The notes beneath the pieces are model-generated. The model made no database searches and was not told where the DNA came from. It was given only the letters and a program-made list of their open reading frames with translations. A stretch of 64,000 bases of DNA from Octopus bimaculoides (taxonomy: Eukaryota), in NCBI RefSeq assembly GCF_001194135.2, contig NC_068989.1:81451874-81515873 (forward strand). The letters are read 5' to 3'. How positions within the stretch are numbered: the first letter of the stretch is position 1; each line of letters starts with the position of its first letter. The position numbers and the translations under genes were made by a program. Positions 24,457-37,989 of this stretch are shown piece by piece.

Positions 24457-27251
24457 TTGTGTGTAGGTATTTGTTCATTCATTTTACATGTTTTTTCCAT
24501 GCCAGCATGGGTTAGACAAATACATTATTGAGGTATCACTTTACATCCAGATGCTACTCCTGTAGCCAACATTTACCTATTTTTTTCAAATAAGGGATTT
24601 TTTAAATTCTATGTCTTTGAAAGCACAGAGCTATTTGTTAACTGGGAATTGTTAACATTCACCATATATATTCTGTGAAGCAAAGAATTTAAGCTTTCAC
24701 CTGGGCATACACACAAACCTCAAACCACCAGGGACTGTATAAACATGAAGAGTGAAATTTTCTCATCATGTCCACACTTTAGAAAATATGTTGAGTGAGA
24801 AGTAAAAATAAACCTCCAAACAGGCTTGATGCACAGGCATCTAAACACTGATAACCCCTACATCTCAACTTCTTCTATCAGTGCAATAACCTCCCTACTG
24901 TTTGTTTGCCCTTTGTGCAGTCGGTTTACAAAATTTTCACTTCTGGTAAAAGCCTAGCTCTATTTACTGTTCAGTAAATTATCTCCCTTTGATAATCTCT
25001 TGTGTTTTACAAACTACACATTCTCACTTAAATCTCACTTCATACAGATTTGCTAACCTATCATGTTGACACTAACAGTTTGAGAAGTGGTGACATAAAT
25101 TTAATATTCTGGCCAGGAAACCATAGGTAGCTGAATTCCACATGATTTTTATGTGGCTTTTATTAATATATATATATCAGATTGGAGCCTGGTGTGGCCT
25201 CCTGGCTTGCCAGTCCCCAGTCAAACCGTCAAACCCATGCCAGCATGGAAAACGGATGTTAAACAATGATGATGATGATGATGATGACAAAGAGAAATAA
25301 TAACAACTTACAGAAAACAGGCATGATATTCAATGCTTTACAGAACATACACATATTTCAGCAAAATCCCTTTAATAATTACATAACAGTTGTAGAAACA
25401 TGTAGTCTTGCACTACGTCTAATCGAAGGGCAAGATTGCATAATGTTTCTATACCTGTTACGTAATTACTGAGACATTTTGATGAAACATGTGTATGTTC
25501 TATAAAGCATTGAATACTGGAGCGATGTGTGGAATCCACTATTCAGCCTGATCTTTCGTTATATGTCATACCTCACAGTGTCTTTTTTTTGATACACACA
25601 TACACATCCGCACACGCATATAAACATATATATACATATACACATAGACACACAGACATGCACAAACACAAACACACGCACATAAATACACATCATACAT
25701 AAGTATATATACATTATACATGATTCATACATAACGGTGAAGTGTGTGATACATCAAAGAATATTTGCAAACAATTATAATATAACATTGTAAAACTGAT
25801 AACATTACTAACAACAGCAAGTGGTGGTGGTGGTGGTAGTGGTGGTTTTGGTGGTGGTGGTAGAGGAGAAAGAGGAGAATCACTATGGTAGTTGTGGTAA
25901 TGGTGAAAGATAACAGTGGTGGTGGTGGTGGTGGTGGTGGTAGTAGTCGTTGTTGTCCTGATGGCAGAGAATAAAGTAGATGACATATAATGGGAAGGTG
26001 ATGGGAAAGTTTGTTCTTAAAGTTTCTTCCTTTGTTCTGAGTACAAAATAAATTATTTCAGAAAACTCTCCTACACACACACACACAAACACAAAATTGT
26101 GATATTGACCCCTAAGACACCTCCCTACCTTAGCTCCTGTATTACTTTAACAAGTGATAGTAACCACGCTACAATTCTCACTTACAACAGACAACTGATT
26201 TCACCAGCTCTTCCTATTATTCCCAACAAACATACCAAAAAAACAGGTACTGAACATTCTTAAATGTTAATTCTATAATTCCATTAAAAAAAAAAAAATA
26301 CAGAATAGCTGCAGCTTGAACACTCATTCAGATTTCTTTTAAACCTTAAGCATTTAAACCAGCCATATATGGCTCAAATATTCTACCTGTTTTATGTTCA
26401 AACTAACCAGAGCCAGCCTCTCAAAGCTACCATTCAATGTCATTCTAAAAATGAACAATCACATCATTGAAATCTCAAAGCTATGAGGTAATGCGTGATT
26501 ACTTCAAAACAATGTGTATTAAAATGCATTACATTTGACAGAGTAGTCTGAATGCTAAAGGATTAAATATTAATTTCATAATTTCATGATACAAATAGAA
26601 TGGCCATGACTAGAATATTCATTCAATCTTCTTTCAAAGGAGAGCTCAACTGAGCTGGCTGGCTGGGAGGAGATAGGTAGGGAAAGGGTCAACTCCAAGA
26701 ACAACAATGAAAAATATATATTAGAGGTACAGTTATGAGAGTCATAACAGCAGCTGTATCTCATTACTGTTTAAGTTGATCATTATTCAAGAAATAATAT
26801 CTTAACAGAAAAGTTTTTAATTAATTAGAGCCAGGCTTTGTTTTTGTTCAATGGCATCAATAATTGACTTTCTGCTGTTGGTATTTAAGCAAAATGCTTG
26901 GTACCATTCCAAGTCCAACTTTCATACAGATTTAATAGGATTAAATATATTCAAATGAAAAACAACAGTTAATTAATTTGTGAAGCAAGCAAGTTAGGTA
27001 GTGCATAGACAGTGCCGAAGAAAAAAAAAAACTATACCGTGTCTAAAATTATTTGTATTCATGCAGGGATTAATGGTAATGATAACAAAAATCAGTGATG
27101 AGTTCAATTCAGATTATTAACTAGAGACATGGAGACTGACATATATAACAAAAGTGAACAACTGACAACTTAAGCTCTATGTCTGCGTCTCAGTGAAATT
27201 CTGTGTATGTTTTTGTGTATAAACACACTCACACACACACAAACATATATA

Positions 27252-27594
27252 NNNNNNNNNNNNNNNNNNNNNNNNNNNNNNNNNNNNNNNNNNNNNNNNN
27301 NNNNNNNNNNNNNNNNNNNNNNNNNNNNNNNNNNNNNNNNNNNNNNNNNNNNNNNNNNNNNNNNNNNNNNNNNNNNNNNNNNNNNNNNNNNNNNNNNNNN
27401 NNNNNNNNNNNNNNNNNNNNNNNNNNNNNNNNNNNNNNNNNNNNNNNNNNNNNNNNNNNNNNNNNNNNNNNNNNNNNNNNNNNNNNNNNNNNNNNNNNNN
27501 NNNNNNNNNNNNNNNNNNNNNNNNNNNNNNNNNNNNNNNNNNNNNNNNNNNNNNNNNNNNNNNNNNNNNNNNNNNNNNNNNNNNNNNNNNNNNN
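27252..27594. other. Assembly gap (largest of seven)
   Basis: N-runs at 6882-6891, 11803-11970, 13920-14137, 27252-27594, 38594-38816, 40283-40516 and 48785-48926, each next to a microsatellite or SINE. Confidence 1.
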
Positions 27595-27727
27595 TCCACG
27601 TTCAGTCTTACTATGTGGCACTTTTAGTGTTTTCTACTGTAGCCCTGGGTTGCCCAAAACCTTGTGAGTGGATTTGATAGATGGAAGCTGAAGGGGTCTT
27701 GTTGTGCATGTGTGTGTATGTGAGTAA

Positions 27728-27775
<48 letters not shown>

Positions 27776-28579
27776 CTGCAGGTAAATGTGCCTACAATAT
27801 ATAGTATTTTGTGCATGTATGTGTGTGAGAGAGAGAGAGAAAGAGATAGTGAGACAGGGATTATATACTCTGAAACAGCAGTTTCATAATGTTCATACAT
27901 GTCAGTGGGTTAGAAATTAACAAGACAATTCTACAACAGGATGATACTAGGCAGTGTACATCATCAACTGATGTCTGTCATGCATCAAGGGTATCCTCTT
28001 TGAAATTTGGACATATGTCGGCAAGTGGGAATTAGTTCTTTCTGTTTAAGATTAGGGTAGAATGATGGATGGTAAGGAGTTCCTCTGTGAGGTAGAAGTT
28101 GTAAGACTTTGAACCATTTGTAAAAAGCCTATACCTTATCTAACACTGCTCATGAAATGTTGGTGGCCTGTTTTTATATATATATTTAAAATTTAATATA
28201 TGTGTATATATATATCTATGAAATTATTATCCTTACTTTTCTAATTTTCAGAGAATCCTACAAAATTATTGTCAGACAAAACCTTTTTGCAACAACTGAC
28301 CAAATGCCAAAGCTGCATCAAAAGCATAAGCCAGGACTCTAAAATCAAAAATAATTTGGATGACACTTAATTGTTTTTAATTGAAGTTATTAAAGACAAT
28401 GTTTGTGTTTGTTTTTAAATCTAACAAAAGTAATTACTGAGAAAGAGTAAAAAAAAAAATTTTGAAAATAAAATTCATTAAAAATCTTCACAAAATATAT
28501 CAGGAAAAAGGAAATCCATGACATAGTCCATATATATGAACAACTTAAAAGTAAACAGAGCTACAGCTGCAATGAATAG

Positions 28580-30685
28580 TCACTGCAATATTGTCTCAAC
28601 ATCCAGGTCTTTCTTCTTTTTCTTTGCTGACTTTAATCTTGAAGCAGTTTTTGGTCGTCCTAATTTATTACCTTTAGCAGAGTTTAGTCTCATACTCTGA
28701 GTAGCTCCTTCTTTTGTGTAGGCAAGATAGACTCCAGAGATGTCAGATTCATTAAAGCTAGCTGATAGACTTTCAGTATGCGGTGACTGTTTGCGCATAT
28801 TGTTCCCTGTGTATGCAACACATTTTAGCTGCCATTCCCCAATATCGTCATTCCAGTGAACATAGTGTTCCAACATTTTCTGGAATTCCATAGGAATGAA
28901 ATTGTCAATAATCAGCATTTGAAGCTTCAATTCTCGGCTGAGCTGGCGAACATTTTCAAGCAGACCTTCCATTTCTCTCTGGTGGTCTTTTTGTACATCA
29001 GTAATTTCAATCTTAGCTTGTGTGTACATAGACCAGCATTTCTTGAGTTTTTTGGTTTTACCAATAATTTCTTCCTGCAAAGTGGAATATTTTTCTTCTA
29101 TATCCAATCTTTCTTGTTCTTTTTCTTCTAAAGCTTTCCGTAGTTCTTCTTCTCTCTTCTTCCTTTCTTCTAACTCACAGGCACTTTCTTCCAATAGTCG
29201 TTCTTGTTCTTCAGCCTTTTCTAAAAGATTCTCACCACCAACAATAATTTTCTTCTCTATCACAGCTAACTTTTGTGCCAATTGGTGTTGTTCTTCTAAA
29301 TACTTCTTCATCTCAGACTCTTTCTCATCAAGATTATATTTTATTTTCTTTCTCTCCTCTTCTGCTAAATCTTTCTTTTCTTCCAGCATTTTGCGATCAT
29401 CTTCAATCTTAGACTGAATTTCAGCCATTTTTTCTTTAGAAATTTTATGTGTCTTTTTTATTTTTTTATTGCAGCTTTTCCCATCTTTCTCAATAATTTC
29501 TTCATTTCCACCAGACACATCATCATCATTATTAAACTCACCTTCTTCAAGTTGCCGTTTTAATTCTTTAATTTCTTCCTGAAATTGCCGAAGCAAAGCA
29601 TCTTTTGGATCTTCGTTAACCTTAGCTTTGTTCTTTATACATTTTGCTCTGTTGGCATACCTCAGAGTGCTAATGGTCTCATCATAGTTATAATCTGCTG
29701 GACCAATATTGGCAATCATTACTGTTTTTGAGTTACCGCCAAGGGAATCTTGCAACAAACGTGTCAGTTTGGAATTTCTGTAAGGAATATGGCTACTTTT
29801 CCCATCAACTAATGCAGAGATCACATTGCCAAGGGTAGAAAGAGATAAATTAATTTTTGTAGCTTCTTTAAGTCGCTGACCGGTAGCACCTGTTTTTGCT
29901 TGACGTTCAGAGCCTGCTAAGTCAACGAGATGAAGTTTCCCCATTCGGACATGTTGTTTTCCATCAATACCTTTCTCACTACATTCAATGGTCAAGGAGA
30001 AAATAGCATGAGACCGGGAACTGTGAGCATTCATATTAGTAGCACCCACAACCCGATTTTTGTTCCCTAGTGTCATGATCCGATCCATATCGTCGGCATT
30101 ATTTACAACAAAAGCAGAAAGGTCCTTCACGTAAACACCAATGTCAGGCCTCTCTTTAACCTCAAGCCGTTGCATTTGGTCCTTACCAAGCAAATCACGC
30201 ACTTCTTCATTATAAATCTCTAGATAAGATACTCTTACCAAGAACTGAGTTTCACCCTCAGCTTTAGCAATGGCACCAAATATATGAGCAAATGAATTAG
30301 GAATAATGCCCCGCTTTTCTGCCACTACCCTGAGGCCCTCCATTGTGAACGTTTTGCCTGTTCCAGTCTGGCCATATGCAAAAATTGTTCCATTGTAACC
30401 AGCAAGAACTGAATCAATAATAGGGCGAGCAACCTCATTATAAACATCAACCTGTTTGCAATCATGTCCAAATACAGTATCAAATGTATAAACCTTCATA
30501 GGTTCACCATGGCCCGGGGTAGGGTTTTCTACTGAGACTGTTCCTCTTACAGAATCGACAAAAACTGTCTGCTTACATTCTGAAGAAATTTCTTTTTCAT
30601 TGAGTGGCCGACAGCGAACAGCTACCTTTACATTATCGCTGTTGTCACCACCAACCTTACCTTCCACTAACTTATTCACTTTCAT
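28580..30685 (-). CDS. KIF3A: Kinesin-II motor subunit KIF3A (701 aa), uninterrupted single-exon CDS
   Basis: Kinesin motor motifs are present: P-loop GQTGTGKT, switch I NAHSSRSH, switch II DLAGSE, and [19 protein letters not shown]. The sequence tracks human KIF3A closely ([11 protein letters not shown]; [40 protein letters not shown]; tail [21 protein letters not shown]; C-terminal RPKTA...ETILQ). A coiled-coil stalk follows the motor. There is an in-frame TAA 9 codons upstream of the ATG. Confidence 0.96.
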   Translation of the reverse strand: MKVNKLVEGKVGGDNSDNVKVAVRCRPLNEKEISSECKQTVFVDSVRGTVSVENPTPGHGEPMKVYTFDTVFGHDCKQVDVYNEVARPIIDSVLAGYNGTIFAYGQTGTGKTFTMEGLRVVAEKRGIIPNSFAHIFGAIAKAEGETQFLVRVSYLEIYNEEVRDLLGKDQMQRLEVKERPDIGVYVKDLSAFVVNNADDMDRIMTLGNKNRVVGATNMNAHSSRSHAIFSLTIECSEKGIDGKQHVRMGKLHLVDLAGSERQAKTGATGQRLKEATKINLSLSTLGNVISALVDGKSSHIPYRNSKLTRLLQDSLGGNSKTVMIANIGPADYNYDETISTLRYANRAKCIKNKAKVNEDPKDALLRQFQEEIKELKRQLEEGEFNNDDDVSGGNEEIIEKDGKSCNKKIKKTHKISKEKMAEIQSKIEDDRKMLEEKKDLAEEERKKIKYNLDEKESEMKKYLEEQHQLAQKLAVIEKKIIVGGENLLEKAEEQERLLEESACELEERKKREEELRKALEEKEQERLDIEEKYSTLQEEIIGKTKKLKKCWSMYTQAKIEITDVQKDHQREMEGLLENVRQLSRELKLQMLIIDNFIPMEFQKMLEHYVHWNDDIGEWQLKCVAYTGNNMRKQSPHTESLSASFNESDISGVYLAYTKEGATQSMRLNSAKGNKLGRPKTASRLKSAKKKKKDLDVETILQ

Positions 30686-31002
30686 ATTTCTGCTTCTATG
30701 TCTTATTTCTTATTGTTCATAGCTCTCGTCATAAAATCAGCCGTCACGGGATGTAACATCGACTGTTACTGTGTTGTAACATCGGCTGTTACCATGATGT
30801 AACATCAATTATTACTGTGGTATAACATCAGTTGTAATTGTGGTGTAATATGAACATTCACTGTGTTGTAACATTAACTGCGACTGTTTTGTAACATCAG
30901 CTGTGACTATGTTGTAACATCAACTGCGACTGTTTTGTAACATCAGCTGTTACTACTGTTGCGATTGTCGAATAACATCAGCTCTTTCTCCAGTGAAACA
31001 AT
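30686..31002 (-). other. Candidate 5' UTR portion of the KIF3A coding exon, beginning at a splice acceptor
   Basis: The minus strand reads tttcattttatttcttttattacAG|attgtttc, a strong polypyrimidine tract plus CAG, with the exon starting at 31002. No comparable acceptor lies between it and the ATG at 30685. Confidence 0.6.
30745..30982. repeat. Degenerate 23-bp tandem array (about 10 units) upstream of the KIF3A start codon
   Basis: Plus-strand units such as TGTTGTAACATCAGCTGTGACTA and TTTTGTAACATCAACTGCGACTG repeat at about 23-bp spacing. Confidence 0.9.
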
Positions 31003-31984
31003 CTGTAATAAAAGAAATAAAATGAAATTGGATAAGATACAATATTTAACAACAACAATAACAACACCAAATGCTTAAAGACAATGTTTTCTGCTAAGCT
31101 TTGCAGACCCCTTTTGACAGTCTCTTCCATTTTACCCTACTTTATACATCCATTCTCCAAAGCCTTTGCCTGGTTCTCCTCCTCCATCTATTTATATATT
31201 CTTTTATGTGTCTATTCTTTTACAAGTTTGTATCACTGGGCTATGGCCAAGCTGGGGCACAGCTTTCAATCATTTAGGTGATCATATTGACTCCATTATT
31301 TATTTCAGTCTTTGAACTATTATGGAAATTATAAAATTATATCACAAATTCACCTTTGATTTTACTGGTTAATGAAGAAAACCCTTATGTCACTGCTTGA
31401 CAGGCTAGAAATAGCAGCCAAATTTCCTGCATATCACACAATACTGTCTAAAAAAAAGTAAGATATATATCTGTATACATGGCTTATATTTAAGAATTTA
31501 AAAGATTTTATCACATCCATTCAGTTCCAGAAGCTATTTTAGGATAAAGATAAACCAGCTGACAAGATAAGTCACTCTAAATTCCTTCATATATCTAATG
31601 TGTAGGGAGGTGAGGTAAACATTTAACAAGATAGTGACACACATATACACACTAATATTGTCACTGCTGTCATCATCATCATCATCATCAATGTAAATAT
31701 CTAAGTGAATGTAGGTATATGTCAGTTAACCTCTAAATAAGTAACTGCTGTGAAACATGGAAACATCACAAGTGATGAAGTAAAAGATATGTGGGGATAT
31801 TATCAGATGGTGATACCACTTATCTGGTGATACCATTTAATTGGTAATATCATTACCTTGTGATACCATCAGCTGATGATACCATTTACTTGGTGATTTC
31901 ATTAAAATAATGAATGAAAATAACAAATGTCAGTCTAGCAACAAGATGCAATATACTGTGTGTTAAGAATATCAAAACAACTGT

Positions 31985-32300
31985 ACCATGATAATACAGT
32001 ATTATATAGTGATAGTACAGTACTATATGATGACAGTGCAGTACTATATAGTAGTAGTACAGTACTATACAGTACAGTACTGTATAGTGATACTACAGTA
32101 ATATACAAAAATAGTACAGTACTATACAGTGATAGCACAGTACTATATAGTGACAGTACAGTATTATATTGTGATAGTATAGAACAGGAATAGTATAATA
32201 CTACACAGTGATACCACCATATAAAGGTAGTACAGTTGTATACTAAAGAAATAGTATAGTAAAATACAGTAATAGTAAAACATAAATTAGTGAGTAATTT
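31985..32300. repeat. Low-complexity minisatellite (ACAGTACTATATAGTGATAGT-like, about 21 bp)
   Basis: Repeated CAGTACTATA motifs; explains ORFs 31935-32138 and 31960-32193. Confidence 0.8.
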
Positions 32301-32409
32301 AATTTAATGACACTAAAAATACATTAGTTGGTTATAAAATAAATTTTGATGAAATTCTAAATTTAATTAATATTTGTTATTAGCAATGGAAGCAGTATTA
32401 CTTCAAATT

Positions 32410-32945
32410 AGGGATTTTTTCTGTTGCTGTCAGTTTTTTGAAATTTTAAAATTAAATAGTTCGCTGTTCTATGCTAAAAATCATACTCCTCAATTTCAGG
32501 AATGTGAAAGGAGGCCCTCCACAAGTCACTTAAAATTGTGGTTCCAGGAAGAATTGACTAATGTCTGCATTCCTCTAGTGTGTTGTGATTCTGACTTGGC
32601 ACTGTATAAAGAAAATCATGTCTGGTCTTGCGACACACTCCTTCAAATACCTATTGTTCAGGTTATATTTATCTCTTCAGTTGTATTTATGTCTGTAGCT
32701 TAAGCAGACTATACACTGGCTTATCATGGAAACAGGCACCAATATGTCCATGGCTTTCGATTGGCTAAAATTACCCAGAATTTTCAAACTTTAAAAGCTA
32801 TTAACTTTTTTATTTATCAATTTATGGCAAAAATGAATTCGATTTCCATAATTAGCACACAAAACTACATCAGTACGCCAAATTTGAAAACAATTGAAAC
32901 AAGATTAAAAAAACTAAAAACTGTGACAGCAACTGAAAAGATACC
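32410..32945 (-). mobile_element. Merlin (IS1595/ISXO2-like DDE) transposon remnant with terminal inverted repeats
   Basis: Minus-strand translation EQ*VFEGVCRKTRHDFLYTVP...ILPGTTILSDLWRASF...F*HRTANY matches the ISXO2/Merlin pattern WVFGG.CR.T...PGT.I.SD.W.AY...H.TVNH. Imperfect inverted ends: TTTTCTGTTGCTGTCAGTTTTT and AAAAACTGTGACAGCAACTGAAAAG. Confidence 0.7.
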
Positions 32946-33277
32946 ACACTAGCAATCTGTATATCACACTTAAAGTATATATACAGTTGAAAGCCTTCTA
33001 AATTGTGTTATTCATCTTGAGAAAGCATCTCTTATAGACGCTTTAAACAGAATTTTATTCAGCCTGCCAGCTAAATGCAGCATCAGTGACCTTTCAATCA
33101 TTGATTAACTATATCAGCCAGCAACCAATTTTTGCTTAGCATACAGTGCCAGTGGACCCTTGCTACTGATGAAGCTCAAAGAAGCAGAATTCCTGATTTA
33201 GCAACGCCATTACCACTGCCAGGCAATTTTCACTTGTTGCTGATATATTTCTGTGCTTTTTAACACTGTTAGAAATG

Positions 33278-33315
<38 letters not shown>

Positions 33316-34404
33316 TCATCATCATCATCATCATTATCATCATCATCACCACCATCGCCGCTGCCGTCGTCGTCTGACACTCATTCTCCATGCTGGCATG
33401 GCTCGGACAGTTTAAACAGGTTGATGAATCACAGAGCTGTGTCAGACTCCAATGCTAGCTTTGGCATGATCTCTATGGCTGGATGCCATTCCTAATACCA
33501 ACCACTTTATAGTGTGTACTAGAATGCCAAGTAACTTGTAAAACAAAGTAAAGAAATTGTTGTAGTTCGGGATGGTCATTTTATTTTATTCCAATTTTTT
33601 TTTCCAAATAAACACTTGCACTATACATATTTTTTTTTCTTCATATTACTGATCACAGATGTGTGACAAAAGATTTCCGGATAACGGACATAAAATAAAT
33701 AAAACCAGTAATAAACAAAAGAAAAAATATATATATATACATATATATATATTGTGTGTGTGTTTATTTGGCAATAAATAAATAAATAAAATGACCATCC
33801 CAAAATACAACAATATTTGTTTCAACACAAGATTTCATATCAGGAATCTTGCAAAATGAATTGATAAACATAACAAAGTAAAGAAAGGAAAAGGGAAAAG
33901 GGAAAGGCTCCCTCGACTGAGTGGAAGTGTATTTGAGAGGGAGCAGGTGGTGCTATGCCAGGTGTTAAAGACTAAAATATAACAGAGAGAGAAGCACAGG
34001 TGTTGTGTTATAAAGAAGATACATAGCTACCCTGCATTATACAAGGGTGAGCAAGATTAACTGGAAGGGAGATAAAGATGGTGGTGACAGGGTACCAGAA
34101 CATACTCTCTAGGTGCAAGAAGGGAAGAAAAGGGTGGGAGTTTCATAAGAATGGGGGAAGAGAGTGTTAGGTGATTAGAGATTAGGTTAGGAGTTGATGT
34201 AGGTAGTGATGAAAAATGGTGGTGGTGTAGGTGGTGGTAAATATCAGTATGAAGGAGTAAGAGGTGAAACAAGCAGCAGTATCATATATCTGTGGACAAA
34301 TCAGAAAGTAAGGTGATGGTGTGCAGTGGAGGGAGTGGGAGGGTAATAAAGTGTGGCGGAGAAAGGGGTCAGAGGTACATGAGGGTGGCTATAGTGAGAG
34401 GGGT

Positions 34405-34785
34405 GACAAAGGGGGAATGGACAATATATGGCACCTGTGCCCAGCATCGCCTTCCTGGTACTTGTGCCGGATGGCATGTGTAAAGACATTCGAGTGAGAT
34501 CATTGCCAGTGCCGCTGGACTGGCTCCTGTGCAGGTGGCATGTAAAATACACCATTTTGAGCGTGGCTGTTGCTAGTACCGCCTGACTGGCCTTCGTGCC
34601 GGTGGTACGTAAAAGCACCCACTACACTCTCGGAGTGGTTGGCGTTAGGAAGGGCATCCAGCTGTAGAAACTCTGCCAGATCAGATTGGAGTCTGGTGTA
34701 GCCATCTGGTTCACCAGTCCTCAGTCAAATCGTCCAACCCATGCTAGCATGGAAAGCGGACGTTAAACGACGATGATGATGATGC
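34405..34785 (+). mobile_element. SINE family B copy
   Basis: High identity to 14690-15174, with a (GAT)n tail. Confidence 0.85.
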
Positions 34786-35999
34786 TGAGAGGGTGTTGAG
34801 AATGATAGCAGATGGGAGGTGTGTTAAAGATGAATTATGGTAAACTTAAGATGCAGCGCAGAGGGGAGAGACATAACACAGGTGATTGATGGTAATGAGA
34901 GTAAGGTAACTGATAGTGTCAAAGAATGTAGGGATAAAGTATGTGCAGATTCTACTCCTAAATAATTATAGCAGCTAGGGAGAATCATTGTTAGAAGAGT
35001 GATTGAAGGATGGATGTTAAGATGTTAGGAATATGAGACATGGAGGGGGATGTTTGCTTTGGATTTGGAGCCCAGAATTTACAAACATAAGCATAAATAC
35101 TTTTGGACCTCACTTTTGATGTGATGAACAGGTCTTCTTGAGCACAGTGAATTACCAATCATCTCATCTCAGCCCTTTATTATCTCCTCTGTAAGGCTTG
35201 ACAGAGTAGATGGAGATCCCCAGCTCTGTATGCCAATTCACCAAGGTGAAGCCCATTCCAATGTAAAACCTATGACTTGCTGATCATCACAGCCATGTTA
35301 GCCCACTGAGACACTAGTCAGACCTCCAAGGCAAAAGAGTGGGCTGAGATTGTACAAACTCATCATCATCTCTGGTTTCCATGCTGGCATGAGTTGGACA
35401 GTTTGACAGGAGCTGGTCAGTTGGAGAGCTGCATCAGGCTCTAATTGTCTGTTTTGGCAAGGTTTCTACAGTTGGATGCCCTTCCTAACACCAAACATTT
35501 TACAGAGTGTCCAAGGTGTTTTTTACATGGCACCAGACAGGTGGCACGAGTGCTTTTTGTATGACACCAGCATAGGTGCTTTTTATGTGGCACCAGTATG
35601 GGTGCTTTTTACATGATACCAGCACCAGTGAGCCCACAAGGCAAGACCCTCTCAGGCATGGCCATAAAGGACTGTCTCTCATTTTAGAACCACTAAGCAC
35701 AATCAGGAAGAAAAACTTTGCAGTGTCAAGGATCATTTTACATAGCCATTTGAGAGCATACATATATATATCATAGCTGTCACCGCCATCACTTTCCCTA
35801 CAACTGCCATCTACTACAACTACCACTGCTATCACAATTATCCCCACCATCACAACCACCATGGGTTAAAATAGAAAAATTTCTACTCTTGCAGCATCTT
35901 TGCTATCTCTAAAATTTCAAGCTTGTTCATCAACAAACAGGTTTTCTAGCTCATACAGACACTTTCTATTTGAAAACACACACACGGATACACACGTTT

Positions 36000-36032
<33 letters not shown>

Positions 36033-37989
36033 TATGCAAATGCCTTAATAAATTACCTGCACCTGTCATTTATTAATAACAGGAAAAGATATGAATAACA
36101 CCCCCTCCTTCTCCTCCTCCTCCTCTACACACTAGCAGACTGACACAGCTGGTAGGAAGACTAAAAAGTACACAGCTGTTGCCCTCTCTCACCACCACAC
36201 TAACACTATTAAGGCTTCCTTTTGTGCCACACATTAAGGTAGAGAGTGAAGGCCTATATTACAAAAACCTACCCTTATAACTACTACTACTACTACTACA
36301 GCCACCACCACCACAACTGCTGCTGCTGCTATTGCACATCATATGCCAGCCTTTACTACAACAGTATAACATAAAACAATTCTTAACACCTTTGTACATC
36401 ATGACTCAGTGTACATCATAAAACTGTCCTTACTACTAATATACATCATAAGATAATCTATACAATTACTATACATCATGAAGGCAATTGTCACTACTGT
36501 GAGTCATATGACAGATAGAAAACTTCTATATAGTTCTCTGATCTGTTAGGCATAGCAACCAAAATCCTGCTCAATTCACACTCTTGCCGTCTTAAATAAG
36601 AAAAGGATAGATTCAGTATTATAGGCCAACATCCGAAATTTACATGATGGGTATGGCTGGAATGCTTTTGATCATAAGTCTGCTCAACTGGGATTAATCT
36701 TCAGCTAAGTAAAAATATCAACAACATCAGACAATCCATACTACCAAAGCATATCACATCTCTCCAACACACTTATTCCTTCCTGGAATGACCAGATTGC
36801 TACTTTCATACTTAAGCACTATCTACACATACATAGAGAAACATAAGCATATATATATACACATGGAATCGCACGTGCACACACACACACACATAAACAA
36901 GCACACAGATGCAGAGTTTCTCACACTCACACCATTCTGTGTAATGTTGCAGTGAAGATCCCTAAATATAGCCAGAGTTGCTCAGCTGTGGTAATGCATT
37001 CCAGCAGACTACAGGTGTGTTAATTGTGTTAATCGTATGATGGTAGAGAGAGGGAGAGAAGGAAAGAGAGGGAGAGAGGGAAAGAGAGGGAGCAGTATTG
37101 ATTACACCTCAATGGCAGGTTTACTGCAAACATCAGCATCAATAAACTGTATGTACACACATATATACATACATGCGTATGTACGTACATACGTGTGTAT
37201 GTATGTATGTATGTATGCGCGTGTGTGTGTGTATGCCTGCATCATCATCGTTTAATGTCCATTTTCCCTGCTGGCATGGGTTGGACGCATGCATGTATCT
37301 ATATGTCTCTGTGTGAATTTATGTATGTGTGTATGTAATTATGTGTGTGTGCATGTATGCACGTGTGTATGCATATATGCATTTTTGTATGTAAGTGTGT
37401 ATGTATGCATGTATATGTAGTTGCTTCATCTCTCTCTCTCTCTCTCCTTCATATTTACCTCTTCATAGAAATAGAAACAGGCACACAGAACAAGTTTGAA
37501 ACTAACTTCTCACACTAACAATATACACACACATATATACACACACACACATAGTAACACAAATAAGGTTAGGTAAATACACTTGTATTAGTGTATAGAC
37601 ATATACATACAGGTGATGGCATTCAGGTAACAGACAAGTATACTTAGATATTTACATGCATCGGCACAGAACTACATACATAGACCTATAAGATGTATAG
37701 ACATATAACTACAGTTACAGACATAAATGCATAACCATATACTTATATAAATAACTACAGTACCAATGCAGCACGAGTTATGAATAAATATACATAGAGA
37801 ATCTCATATCCATAAGTTTAATGAATACATATTTGGTCTCACTGTGGAAGCTGGCAGGAAAGAGGAAAATCAGTTCAATTTTTATTCAAAGTTGCTAAAA
37901 TCCCTGTGGTTTAACCATGGGCATCTGCCTTCAGAAAACTAAATATTTGTTTATCAAACATATATTGTTTATATATCTATTTATAATCA

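Noticed and set aside
30020-30045. KIF3A switch I region reads [10 protein letters not shown] where human has NMNEHSSRSH
   Set aside because: This position varies among kinesins and the invariant N..SSRSH residues are intact.
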